A DNA stretch of 64,000 bases from the human T2T-CHM13v2.0 reference genome, Homo sapiens: NCBI RefSeq assembly GCF_009914755.1, contig NC_060934.1. One strand, given 5' to 3'. Positions 15,020 to 63,892 of the stretch are shown here, in pieces. The translations under genes and the position numbers were made by a program. How positions within the stretch are numbered: position 1 is the stretch's first letter; each line of letters starts with the position of its first letter. The notes below the pieces were generated by a model. The model searched no databases and was not told the DNA's origin. It saw only the letters and a list, made by a program, of their open reading frames with translations.

Positions 15020-15599
15020 TTACAGAGACCCTTCCAGTGATTTCTGAGGTACCTGGGAATCTGTGGCCAATAAATTGGTAATCACTGAATTAGTGAGTTT
15101 TTTAAGGATATCCAGCTGCATAAAATCTGACAGCTTGATTGGAAAAAAGCGGGGCAGGGTGCCATTTCATTCAATTAAGGTCCTGTATTCATTCCGTTTA
15201 GTAAATGTTTGTGTCTGTCTATGATGTGCTAGCCACTGTGCCAGTAAATGGATATAGCTATGATCTGACTTGCAGAGGAAATCCAAACTAGTATCTTCCG
15301 TGCCATGCAATAAGGGCTACATTGCAAGGCTGCACAGGGTGCTACTGGGGCACAGAAGTGAGTCAGAGGCTTCCCACAGACACACACACGAGCGGAAACA
15401 GAAAGTCTTTATATATCACCATATGTCAAGGAACACTGGCCGGGAGTTAGGAGAGCTGGGCACTAGGAACGCTTTGAAACCGAACAGCTGTGTGATTTCC
15501 GAGGTTATGTTGCTTCTCTACTATATTTTAGTTCCGAACTTGTACTAATGTTTCTCTCCCTTTTCTTCTTGGTGGGAAAAGCACAATTTGGGGTCAACA

Positions 15600-16290
15600 G
15601 ATTCGGCTCAGGTCTAAGTCGCCGGCCGGGACCACGTCGCCAGGAAACGACGTCTCCCCGACACCTTCCCTCCCCGTCCGGGCTCTCTGCAGCAATTCAT
15701 CCCGTCACTCTCCCAACGACCCCGGGCACACCTCCGGCAGATGCGAAATATGCTGCTCCTCAGGAGGAAAGATGACCCGGAGGACCGCGGGAGGACCTTC
15801 CCACTCGCGATCTTCCCAGTGCCCCAAAGCCAGGGACCCCACTGCCGCCTACCCCAGCCCGCGGCACCGAACTTGCTCACAACTGTGACTCCTCAGGTCG
15901 GATTGGACACCACCGGAAACGGAAATTCACCGTCGCGCCGACTCTCCGGAGGGAAACAAAAAGGCAGAAAAAAGAGACCGGCGCCTGGACGACTTTCAGG
16001 GGAGAGCTGGAAGAAAGACTGTCAACAGCTGAGTGCGGGCGCCGGCGCCGTCTACGCAGTGCGTTCCACCGGGTCCGTATCCCTCCCGATTCCGCCCCAC
16101 CCCGCCCTCGGAACTCGCTGCCTCAACTCCTGCGGTGGGACTCCGGAGCAGCGTACACCGCCCTTGCCTTAGTCCTCCCCAAGGCCAGGGCAGCTGTGCG
16201 GCCTGGCGCGGGTTACTTGGTGTGGTGCAAAAAGCCAGAAGGAGACACATTTGGTCCTGGCCACCCCGGAGTCACCCAAACCAAAAGGTA
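15600..16290. promoter_or_regulatory. CpG island / duplicated BMS1-type promoter, probably bidirectional (BMS1P4 minus, GLUD1P3 plus)
   Basis: CpG-dense, GC-rich stretch; tandem ETS-like ccggaaacggaaat at ~15913-15926; minus-strand donor candidates at 15880/15852 and plus-strand donor AAG|GTAAAA at 16287/16288. Confidence 0.75.
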
Positions 16291-16588
16291 AAAGGAACAT
16301 AAAAAAGCCTTCTGGAAAGTGTAAAAAAATTCATTGCACAGTGATTTTTGTCTTGTGAAATCATAGTTACTGTTATTAGCAGTTTTTTAAACGTTTTATA
16401 TTCATTTTTTATGGTGTTCTGACATATGAGCTGCTTCAAGTGTTTTTGGACATAGCTTGGGTGTAAAATGTAAAAAGTGGATATTTTCAATTTGTAGCTT
16501 TCTTTTTTGAAACTTACTGAAGTTTGTTCTAAATATATCCCCTTCTTTCTCACCTACCCCAACACATTTTTAAAAAAAACACCACCAA

Positions 16589-23080
<6,492 letters not shown>

Positions 23081-23082
23081 TA

Positions 23083-23308
23083 GGGTCAGATAAGGGAATA
23101 AAAGCAGGCTGCCCCAGCCAGGGGCAGCAACCAGCTCAGGTCCCCTTCCACACTGTGGAGGCTTTGTTTTTTTGCGCTTTGCAATAAATCTTGCTGCTGC
23201 TCACTCTTTGGGTCCGCACTGCCTTTATGAGCTCTAACACTCATCGCGAAGGTCTGCAGCTTCATTCTTGAAGTCAGTGAGACGAAGAACCCACCAATTC
23301 CGGACACA
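23083..23308 (+). mobile_element. LTR12 (ERV9) LTR 3' fragment
   Basis: cagataagggaataaaagcaggctg...gcaataaatcttgctgctgctcactctttgggtccgcac...gaaggtctgcagcttcattcttgaagtcagtgagacgaagaacccaccaattccggacaca, typical of the LTR12 R/U5 end. Confidence 0.85.
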
Positions 23309-25885
<2,577 letters not shown>

Positions 25886-25952
25886 CCATTTTCATCATTC
25901 CTAGTAGCCATGGAGCATTCCCTTTAATCAACTGTACATGAAATTTTTTTTT

Positions 25953-26503
25953 CTGGGGGCAAGGGGCTCATATTCACACAGATGGGAGTCCAGTTGGTGA
26001 GAAGGTGGCAGGCGGCACAGCCACCTTATACAGCATGCCATACTGGTCCACTGTCAGACCGGTGATGGCCACAGCTCCATCACCCCGAGGCGGACTCTGG
26101 CTCTGCCCAGCCACCACAACCCCTGGGGACCATTCAGAGGCATCACTGGAGGGTGTGTGGTTAGTGGAGCAGCTGGTTGTGGGGAGGTCTCGTTTCTTTG
26201 GTGGAAGGCATTCCTGACTCCTCTCATGAACAGGTTTCATATTGCTTTGTGGTGTTCCTGGAGCCTGGAAGGAGTTGGCTTGCTCCCTGGGGCATCAGGA
26301 GGGGCTTCTCGGTAGTTTCCCTGTACCCCTCTAGGTTTCTGGCTGGGGCGCCCACATCTGAGCTTCCAGCAGTGCTTCTGAGCAGCTGTAGTAAGCGTCC
26401 TCCCGGCTGGCTCGGGAGCTCACAGCGCTTCCCGGGATCCACTTGCTCGTCCTGGAGCTGCCGCAACTGTGGCCGTCCCATCCCTGGCCCTGGAGCCGCC
26501 CCA
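25953..26503 (-). pseudogene. Processed 5' fragment of ATXN1L (ataxin-1-like) mRNA
   Basis: ORF 26240-25974 MKPVHERSQECLPPKKRDLP..TTSCSTNHTPSSDASEWS..TGLTVDQYGMLYKVAVPPATFSPTGLPSV matches the ATXN1L N-terminus as recalled. It is preceded by a GC-rich contiguous 5'UTR and ends after MSPLPP codons in a 9-nt A run (T25944-25952). Confidence 0.88.
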
Positions 26504-26562
26504 TACCCCTTTTGAGAGTGAGACTCTCAAAAAACAAAAAAAAGAAAGAAACTATGAACTAT

Positions 26563-28080
<1,518 letters not shown>

Positions 28081-28275
28081 AGAACAATCTGCTTGTTTAG
28101 TAAAGCATGCTCAATGCCTAATATATAGTTTCCAGCACAGCCTAAAGTGCAAATTTTTCAGTGAATAAACCACTCTGTGCCTCAGAATAACTGATATTTA
28201 CTGTCAATAATATGAGAACAAACACTTTTGTTCACTGCTCTATTTCCAGACCCAAGAACATGGCTTGGCACACAA

Positions 28276-28998
28276 TGTCAGCGCTCAGTGGGTTCACCCT
28301 GCCTGCTGCCTTGACAAAGCTGATTTATCAAGACCAGGGAATTGCAATGGAGAAAGAGTAATTCACGCAGAGCCAGCTGTGTGGGAGACCAGAGTTTTAT
28401 TATTACACAAATTAGTCTCCCTGAGCATTTGAGGATCAGAGTTCTTAAAGATAATTTGGCGAGTAGGAGCTTGGGAAGCGGGGAGTGCTGATTGGTCAGG
28501 TTGAAGACGGAATCACAGGGAGTCAAAGTGAGGTTTTCTTGCTGTTTTCTGTTCCTGGGTGGAATGGCAGAACTGATTGAGCCAGGTTACTGGTCTAGGT
28601 AGTCAGCTGATCCAATGAGTGCAGGGTCTGCAAAACATCTCAAGCACTAATCTTAGGTTTTACAATAGTTATGTTATTCCTAAAAGCAATTTGGGGAGGT
28701 TCAGACTCTTGGAGCGAGAGGCTGCATGTCCCCTAAACTGTAATTTGTAATCTTGTAGCTAATTTGTTAGTCCTGTAAAGACAGACTGGTCCCCAGGCAA
28801 GAAGGGGGTCTTTTCGGGAAGGGGCTATTATCAATTTTGTTTCAAACCATAAACTGAATTCCTCCCCAAAGTTAGTTCCACCTACACCCAGGAATGAATA
28901 AGGACAGCTTAAAGGTTAGAAGCAAGATGGAGTCGGTTAAGTCTGATTTCTTCCACTATCATAATTTCCTCAGTTGTAATTTTGCAAAGGCAGTTTCA
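28276..28998 (-). mobile_element. Solo LTR8 (ERV1) long terminal repeat
   Basis: Minus strand begins TGAAACTGCCTTTGCAAAATTACAACTGAGGAAATTATGA (LTR8 5' end as recalled) and ends ...TGACA; near 4-bp TSD acaa/acag; inserted in an L2-like tail. Confidence 0.82.
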
Positions 28999-29379
28999 AC
29001 AGCAGTGCTCGAAAAATTATGAAATCAACAAATAGTACTGAAAAGTTCAAATGAAGTCATATATGAAAAAGAAATCCTAGCACTGTTAGCTATAATTACT
29101 TAGCCATTAAATGGGGTACTAATAATTACTGCAGGAACTATCTTTTCCAACAGAGCGCAGAGATCTTTTGGCTCTGATAAAGCTCTGCACCTAAACAAAG
29201 GCGCTGTATAAAAATGGTTAATAACAATTGACCTTTACTGAGTGCTTACTATGATGCCAAGCGGCCTATGTGGCCTAATTTCATCCTCTGGGCATTATTA
29301 TTTCCATTTTACAAGCTGTAGAGCCAGACCTCAGACCCCCACATGCAGGTTGACAACAGTTGGTGCCCTTTACCACCAC

Positions 29380-30200
29380 CACACGTTCCGCAAATCTCAT
29401 AACCAGCAAACGCCATGGGTGAGAGCAACCTAGCGGACGGAAATCAACGGGGTCAGGGGTCACCAGGAAGTGACTACAAGACTCTAGCTCAGAGGTCACT
29501 AATACGTCACAGGCAGAGTGAAGGGGCATTATTAAAGATAGTTTGACAAATTCTTTTTAATCTCATTTCTGTTGGTGAGGCCATAAAGTGACTGGAACAT
29601 CTGAAAAAAAATGTCAGGAGGGAAATACATACGACTCAGCAGAGGCGCACAGGCGGCGGCCATGATGGGAAGATGAAAGAGGCGCATGCGCGGCATCCGG
29701 GTCCCCGAAATGCAGACGTGGCAGAAGAAGTGGCCCGGCCCTAAAGCGTGGAGGAGGAACTTCCGGGGGTGACGGGACGGCCCCCTCGGAACCGGAAGTG
29801 GAGCCTGGGAGCCTTGACGTTAGGAACGAAGTCTAACCTGGATCTGGAGCCGGGTGAGGAGTGGCATCGGGAGGTTGGCGGGTAGGAAAGCAAAGGAGAG
29901 GTCAGGGTATTACTGGCCAGATTGGGGTCCGGTTTCAGAAAGAAGGGAGGAGCCTGGGGGCGGGGCCTGGGTAGAGACCCTCACCTCACGCATCCACCAT
30001 CCAGGAGCAGGTCCTAGACCATCCCTTCGTCTCCCGGCCCAGATTCCGGCTCCTGCTTCCTGCCCCGAGCCTGTTAAAAGGTGCAAGACGCTTGGTCTCT
30101 GTGCTTAACAGAGCAGCCCCCTCTCTTAACGTGGCCCTAGAAGCCGACTTGGCTTCTCGGTTTTGATCCTCGGCTCTCCGAGGCTCCATGGCTTGACTAC
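29380..30200 (+). promoter_or_regulatory. SEC24C: SEC24C CpG-island promoter
   Basis: CpG-rich; NRF1 gcgcatgcgc 29682-29691, ETS/GABPA ccggaagt 29792-29799 and acttccgg ~29759, CRE-like tgacgt ~29815 and tacgtca ~29503. Confidence 0.8.
29790..29853 (+). other. SEC24C: SEC24C non-coding exon 1 (start approximate)
   Basis: Within the CpG island, ends at donor CGG|GTGAGG 29853/29854. Confidence 0.7.
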
Positions 30201-30965
30201 TTTCAGAGTTCTAGGAAGCTTGCCCCGCCCCCTTGGGTTGTCACCCTCGACTATCCACCCAGAATGGAGTCGAGACTTCAGTCTGACTCCAAGCTCTTGA
30301 ATGTGTTTGAGGGGATTATTTTCTGGAGAAGAAGCTCCTTTCTTTACCCCTCCCCCCGGCTTTGGAAACATAAAGGGAGAGGACATATTTTAAACTTAGT
30401 GTCAGTGACCTACCTCTGTAAGGTTTAGGGTTTGGAAGAACAGCTATTGAGATAACTTTGAGTTTAAAGAGTTTTAGACCAGGATCAGCTCCTTTTCTAT
30501 AGTCAAGGTGGCCCTTCTAGCAAAGGGGGAGAGGTCCATTGTTCCCTTTGCAGCAACTCTGAGTGCTCCTGCTTTCTGGGCCCCTTCTGTCTACAGGATA
30601 ATTGGAATGATACAGCTGTTGAAAGTAGATGTGATGAGATAGTTTTCTTGGAAGGACCCTGTTTAGAAAAGGCCCTCTAATTCATCCCTGTGTTGATGAG
30701 CAAGATTGTAATAATTTTGATGGTGGCTGAGATTCATAACAATCGTAAGGGGAGCAGAAACAGGAGAGTTGGAGAAGTGCATTGGAATTTAGAATATTCA
30801 TAGTCTTCTGCTTGAGGGATGAGGTGAATGATTTTTTTCCATGAAATCTAACTCTAACTTTGCCCCTGATTCTTGAACTGTTTCCTCAGATTATGTGAAG
30901 AAGTTTTGGTGCCTGTTCTGCACTTGGTTTTAATCTGTTACCTTGCTAGAGTTTTCAGGTGTCCT

Positions 30966-31601
<636 letters not shown>

Positions 31602-32045
31602 TCAGTTTTAAGGTCCATACACTCTTTTGGTGGAAAGACTTGGGTTGGAGTATCATTTGTATTATGGCAGTTTAGCTAAAGAATGTCATTTCTGTAACTC
31701 AGCCTAAATTTTGTCATTGAGGGGGAAGGATTTTAGCAGATCTGTTTTAGATTTTTAGCCTGATTGATTTTAAATCAATTGTTCAGCACACTAGAGGGTA
31801 CTCGATGTTTGCTGAATGAATGGATGCTAGAGTGAATGAATGGAAAGTGGGAACATTGTTTCTTTCACCTGTAACATCAAGGTAGTTCATCAGCCACAAG
31901 ACTGTGTGACTAGACACTAGAAATCATACCACTGGGGAATGGAGGCTGCTGCTCCATTTCAGTGGATCTGTCTGAAGTTGAAATTTATACTATTTAGACA
32001 GTGACAAAGGGTGGATGGTCAGAATAACAAAATCCTTGCTTTTAG

Positions 32046-32132
32046 GAGATAATCTGAATGCTGGCTGGGGCAGAAAATTACTAAGATCCTGTGGAAGTGT
32101 GAGGATTATTAAACTGATCACTGTCTGATAAG
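32046..32132 (+). other. SEC24C: Putative alternative 5'UTR exon of SEC24C (87 nt)
   Basis: ccttgcttttag|GAGATAATC ... GATAAG|gtcaat; 88 nt upstream of the ATG exon; consistent with my recollection of a SEC24C variant with an extra UTR exon. Confidence 0.55.
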
Positions 32133-32248
32133 GTCAATTTCTTTTTATCTCTACTTCCTGCCCTGAATAGTTGCTCTCTTTAGAAAGTTCATTTTGACTA
32201 ATTTCTCCTCTCTCTCACAGGTGAGATCAAATTGGGAATGCTTTCATA

Positions 32249-56511
<24,263 letters not shown>

Positions 56512-57555
56512 AGCAAGTGGGTAAATGGCATAGGGCCCAGGCTAGCTTCCAGAAAGCACCCCAGGATGTCAGAGAAATTGGGACAGTAACATATCTTATG
56601 TAAGCTGACCTCAGTCTCTCTGGGGGGAGGGGGAGATATAAGGAGACACCTTCTTTCTGGGCTCAAGTATCCTGCCACTCTGTCATGTCCTGCTGATGGA
56701 AGGTGCCCCTGTTCCCTCATTCTACCCTCTTTTTCCTGCTAATCCTGTCATAATGAATGTAGCTTCTCAGTTCACTGTATATGATTCGGTATTGGGGGTT
56801 TGGAGGCACCCAGACCCTGGCAATATTATGTGTCCCTTTGGACCAGTCTCCCAAGAGGAGAGGGGCAGGCAGGAAAGAGTGGGGATCCTAAGGTTACTAC
56901 AGGGGGCTCAGTGTCATCCACAACTTCCTATATTAGGGATAAAACATATAGGTGCACAAGAGCTGGGGTATAGCCCATAGGTGGTGGAGAGAAAAGTGGT
57001 CAGTCCTTCTTGGGCCTGGAGGTTAGCAGTCAAGTTTCTCTGCTTTCACTGCTCGCTCGCTCTCTCCTGCAATGATTGATGATCACTCCGTGGATAGAGA
57101 GGCACACTGTCAGAGGTGACCGGAGAACTGAGTTGCAAAATATATTAAGATCTGGTAGAGGTACCAGCTTCCTTTCCAGCTGGAGAGGCCCCAACACTGG
57201 ATGGTTCTGTAGGGAGCCTAGGGAGCCTGGTCATCAACTTGCAATACCTCACAGAGCCAGTTCACATCCCACTCTGAGCTCCCACGAGAAACACTGCTTC
57301 TCCAGGCCCGGGGTTGTTGGGGAGAGAGGCAGAGGCAGCTGGAGCGCCGTTCTCTCCTGCTGGGACACCGCTTGGGCTTTGGTATTGACTGAGTGGCTGA
57401 CAGTTATCTTCCAACCCCAACTGGCTTGGGGGCAGGACAAGGGCTAGGCTTGATGGTGGCCAGGCTTGCCTGCTCCCCACCTGGGATGCCCCTGCTCTGG
57501 ACCTCTCATTTCTCTTCATTGGTTTATTTTTCAATGCATCTTTAATTTGTAAAGA

Positions 57556-57566
57556 AATAAAATAAA
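57556..57566 (+). terminator. SEC24C: SEC24C polyadenylation signal (overlapping AATAAA x2)
   Basis: AATAAA at 57556-57561 and 57561-57566, ~1.05 kb after the stop, with U-rich upstream and downstream elements. Confidence 0.88.
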
Positions 57567-57619
57567 TTAAGATGTAACCATTAGCCTCATCTTTACTCCC
57601 GAAAGCTCACTTTGCTTTT

Positions 57620-57749
57620 AGTCCTGGCCGTCGGCTGAGCGAGCTGCGCATGCGCCACGTGCCCCCGTGGCGTAGGGCCTCGTCCGGTCACGACTATCCG
57701 CTGGGCGGGGTCGGTGCTGGCCGAGGGGGCGCCGGCTGCCGGAGTGGAC
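57620..57749 (+). promoter_or_regulatory. FUT11: FUT11 core promoter / start of CpG island with NRF1 and E-box/HRE sites
   Basis: TGCGCATGCGC 57645-57655 directly abutting CACGTG 57656-57661; GC box gggcgggg ~57703; the CpG island extends through exon 1. Confidence 0.8.
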
Positions 57750-60700
57750 ATGGCGGCCGGCCCCATTAGGGTGGTGTTGGTCCTTCTAGGGGTGCTCAGT
57801 GTCTGTGCAGCCAGCGGCCATGGGTCCGTAGCGGAGAGGGAGGCCGGCGGGGAGGCGGAGTGGGCGGAACCGTGGGATGGCGCGGTTTTCCGGCCGCCCT
57901 CGGCGCTGGGCGCAGTGGGGGTGACGCGCAGCTCTGGGACGCCGCGGCCAGGGAGGGAGGAGGCGGGGGACTTGCCGGTACTGCTGTGGTGGAGCCCAGG
58001 GCTATTCCCCCACTTCCCGGGAGACTCGGAGCGCATCGAGTGTGCGCGCGGCGCGTGCGTGGCGTCCCGGAACCGCCGAGCGCTGAGGGACTCGCGGACG
58101 CGCGCGCTGCTCTTCTACGGCACAGACTTCCGCGCGTCGGCCGCCCCGCTGCCGCGCCTGGCGCACCAGAGCTGGGCGCTCCTCCACGAGGAGTCGCCCC
58201 TCAACAACTTCTTGCTGAGCCACGGCCCGGGCATCCGCCTCTTCAATCTTACCTCCACCTTCAGTCGCCACTCGGATTACCCGCTGTCGCTGCAGTGGCT
58301 GCCCGGGACCGCCTATCTGCGCCGCCCGGTGCCTCCGCCCATGGAACGCGCGGAGTGGCGCCGCCGCGGCTACGCGCCGCTGCTCTATCTGCAGTCACAC
58401 TGCGACGTGCCAGCGGACCGGGACCGCTACGTGCGCGAGCTCATGCGCCACATCCCGGTGAGTGAGGGCGGGCCGGAGGGAAGGAAAAGGAGAGGGCGGG
58501 TTGAGGCCAGGACTCCAGGTGTCCAGGACTCCAGGTGTCCAGGCCTCCAGGGCCGCACCCTCATGACAGCCTTACTGTACCCGGTCTAGGTAGACTCCTA
58601 CGGGAAATGCCTGCAGAATCGGGAGCTGCCTACCGCGCGGCTACAGGACACAGCCACGGCCACCACCGAGGATCCAGAGCTCTTGGCTTTCTTGTCCCGC
58701 TATAAGTTCCACTTGGCCCTGGAAAATGCCATCTGTAACGACTACATGACAGAAAAACTGTGGCGTCCCATGCACCTGGGCGCTGTGCCCGTGTACCGCG
58801 GTTCTCCCTCTGTGAGGGACTGGATGCCGAACAATCACTCCGTCATCCTGATTGATGATTTTGAGTCTCCTCAGAAGCTGGCAGAGTTTATTGACTTTCT
58901 GGACAAGAATGATGAGGAGTATATGAAATACCTGGCATACAAGCAACCTGGGGGCATCACCAACCAATTTCTTCTGGATAGTCTGAAGCATCGGGAGTGG
59001 GGAGTGAATGATCCTTTGCTGCCTAACTACCTCAACGGCTTCGAGTGTTTCGTCTGTGACTACGAACTGGCTCGGCTGGATGCCGAGAAAGCCCACGCGG
59101 CCTCTCCCGGGGACAGCCCCGTCTTTGAGCCCCACATTGCCCAGCCCTCACACATGGACTGCCCAGTGCCCACACCTGGCTTTGGCAATGTGGAAGAGAT
59201 TCCTGAGAATGACAGGTAAGAGTGCTGGGGTCCCCTGCAGCTATCAAATCATTTACTTACTTGCTTACTGTGGGCAATTAAGTAGCACTAGGTGCTGAGC
59301 AGGTGCAGGAGGAAATTATCACATGGGCTCATTCTGTATTTAAGGTGTCAACAGTCTAGTTGGGGGGATAAGACAAGCTGAAAAAGCTGAATAGATGTAA
59401 AATATAATTCAAGGCAACGTATGAAAATCAGCTTATGTGAACAATGTTTCCAGTAGTGGTTCAAAAAGATTGAACCAGAGTACAGGGCCTGTGCAGACAG
59501 GGGAGAGAGAAAATGGGGCAAATAAATAGGGACAAGGCTATAAATATCATTAATACCAGGTTCAGGAGTTTGCACTGCACTAAAAATCAACTCAGCTATT
59601 TGAGCACCTTTTATAGAGTGGAAATGGGGTTGGGCAGTAGAGAAGAGCACTTTTAGAGAGGCTTTTCTGCAGTAGTCAGGGGTTACACCTGTTAACCAGC
59701 CATAATTTTTTTTTTTAAGCGGCTGTGCTGAGGATGAGCCCCATGTAGTTGGTGCAGGTGGGGACACACTGCCTGTGTAACTAGAAAAACTAGGCATGGC
59801 CGGGCACGGTGGCTCACACCTGTAATCCCAGCACTTTGGGAGGTCAAGGGGGGAGGAACACTTGAGGCCAGAGACAATATAATATATAATATAATATATT
59901 GACCAGCCTGGACAATATAATAAGAGCCTCTCTGTACAATTTAAAAACTAAAAGCCTGGGGTGGTGGCACATACCTGTAGTCCTGGCTACTTGGGAGGCT
60001 GTGGCAGGTGGATTGCTTGAACCTAGGAGTTCAATGCTGTAGTGAGCTAGGATCGTGCCACTGCATTCCAGCCTGGGTTGGAGTAAGACCCTGTCACACA
60101 CACACACACACACAAAACAATGCACAATGCGCATCAGAAGGGAAGCGAATAGGCTACTGTAGTAGGTGGCAAAAGGTGGTGGTACTGGGAAACAAGGCCA
60201 GCGTGTGGTGTGGGGTGGGAAAATGTTGAAACCACTTGTAGCAAGCCACACCTATTGGGGGAGAGGTGATAAGATTATTAAGCTGAAGTAAGGCTGCTAG
60301 AATGGCCTATAGAAACCGACTTGGACAGTGGATGGCAGCAGAAGGCCATTTATTAACAGATGCTGCTGGCAGTTTTGTCCTGATGGTTGGAATCCTTCAC
60401 CAAGTAATTTGTATCTAATTACAAATTGTTTGTATCTGAACATAATATGATTTACTAGAGGAAAAGTATGAAAAAATATGAAACATTAAGAAAATAAATA
60501 TTCAGGTTATGTCTTTTCTAGATACTGGATGCTACTTCATTTTGATGCACCTTCATTTTGATTATTGGCATAAAGGTGAAACTTAAAAGATAATCATCTA
60601 AAGACCCCTGCCCCCTTGCTTTCCTTATGGAGACTGCCACTTCCAGTCTGGCCTCTGCTTTGCCTGCCTCTGAACCCCCTCCACATTTGGGAGCCAGAAG

Positions 60701-61085
60701 CAGGCAAGTCAGGAATCGTAATTGATTGGGTAGTCTGTGTGATGTCTTTGTGTTTGTGACTTACTGCCTGTCGCTTGGGCTTATATTGGATTTACTTCAC
60801 TTTGTCTTCCTTTCACAGCAGTCTTGTCCAAGTTAGAGACCACTGTATCTGCTTAAGATTTCTTTGGCCCCACTCGGAAAAAGGCAGGACTCATAACTAT
60901 GCTGCAGTTCCATAATCCAACCCCCATTTTGATATTTCAGTTGGAAAGAGATGTGGCTGCAAGATTATTGGCAAGGTCTGGACCAGGGGGAAGCTCTCAC
61001 TGCCATGATCCACAACAATGAAACAGAGCAGACGAAATTTTGGGATTACCTACATGAAATCTTCATGAAGAGGCAACATCTCTAA
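57750..61085 (+). CDS. FUT11: Fucosyltransferase 11 (GT10 family; recently reassigned as protein O-fucosyltransferase POFUT4), 492 aa
   Basis: Exons 57750-58457, 58590-59215, 60941-61085 = 1479 nt; N-terminal hydrophobic anchor [26 protein letters not shown] motif, GT10 motif [23 protein letters not shown], ends MKRQHL*. Confidence 0.97.
58507..58552 (+). repeat. 16-bp tandem repeat (ccaggactccaggtgt) x ~2.9 in FUT11 intron 1
   Basis: Two perfect copies at 58507-58538 plus a degenerate third. Confidence 0.9.
59798..60117 (+). mobile_element. Alu (old) with AT-rich insertion and (CA)n tail
   Basis: Alu consensus in FUT11 intron 2. Confidence 0.85.
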
Positions 61086-61654
61086 GTGCCCTTGCAAGAG
61101 CCTTTAACTTGGCGGAGCTAAGGAGATCTTATTCTACCATGGGACATAAGGAGCATCCACTGCACAAACCCTTAATGAACACTGTCTTTTCATGGATTCA
61201 AGGAATTCCAGTTTTATCTATTAAGATTTTATCTTAATGATGAGTAGCCAAGGTCTAACATAGGGCCTCTCCTCAAGGAGAGATGGAGGGATACAATTCT
61301 TGGTTCAGTGGGAAACAGAACCCTAAAACATCCATTTGATTCAAGGTGCTGGTCCAACAGAGTTTTTAAACTACTCACTTCTTTATTTCATCCTTTCGAC
61401 TGTACTTGATTACCAGTGAAGTAAGATGGGTCAGGTTACGACTTACAACTTTTGTTCTATTCCCCAGACTCCTCATTATTCAGTACATTTCCCAATAATC
61501 TCTTTTTCTCATCTCTTGCTTTATAAATTGTTACGTTGGTGGAGAAGCAAAACATTTGGTGAGTTGTATTCTGGTTTTCCGGAGTTGGATTTTTTTATAT
61601 TATATACTTTCATGTCAAACTTCTATTTTACTTATTTATTTATTTTTTTAAAAT

Positions 61655-63892
<2,238 letters not shown>

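Noticed and set aside
15548-16302. ORFs across the CpG island (up to 143 aa), and a possible GLUD1 exon 1
   Set aside because: No recognisable homology and no GLUD1 N-terminal peptide; stop-codon paucity is explained by GC content
23086-23307. 73-aa minus-strand ORF
   Set aside because: Antisense translation of the LTR12 fragment
58507-58552. Short direct repeats considered as a CRISPR-like array
   Set aside because: Head-to-tail minisatellite with no spacers, in a human intron
57593-59135. Antisense and alternative-frame ORFs over FUT11 (147, 201, 164 aa) and the GTG start at 57714
   Set aside because: GC-rich shadow ORFs; the ATG at 57750 with good context gives the expected 492-aa protein
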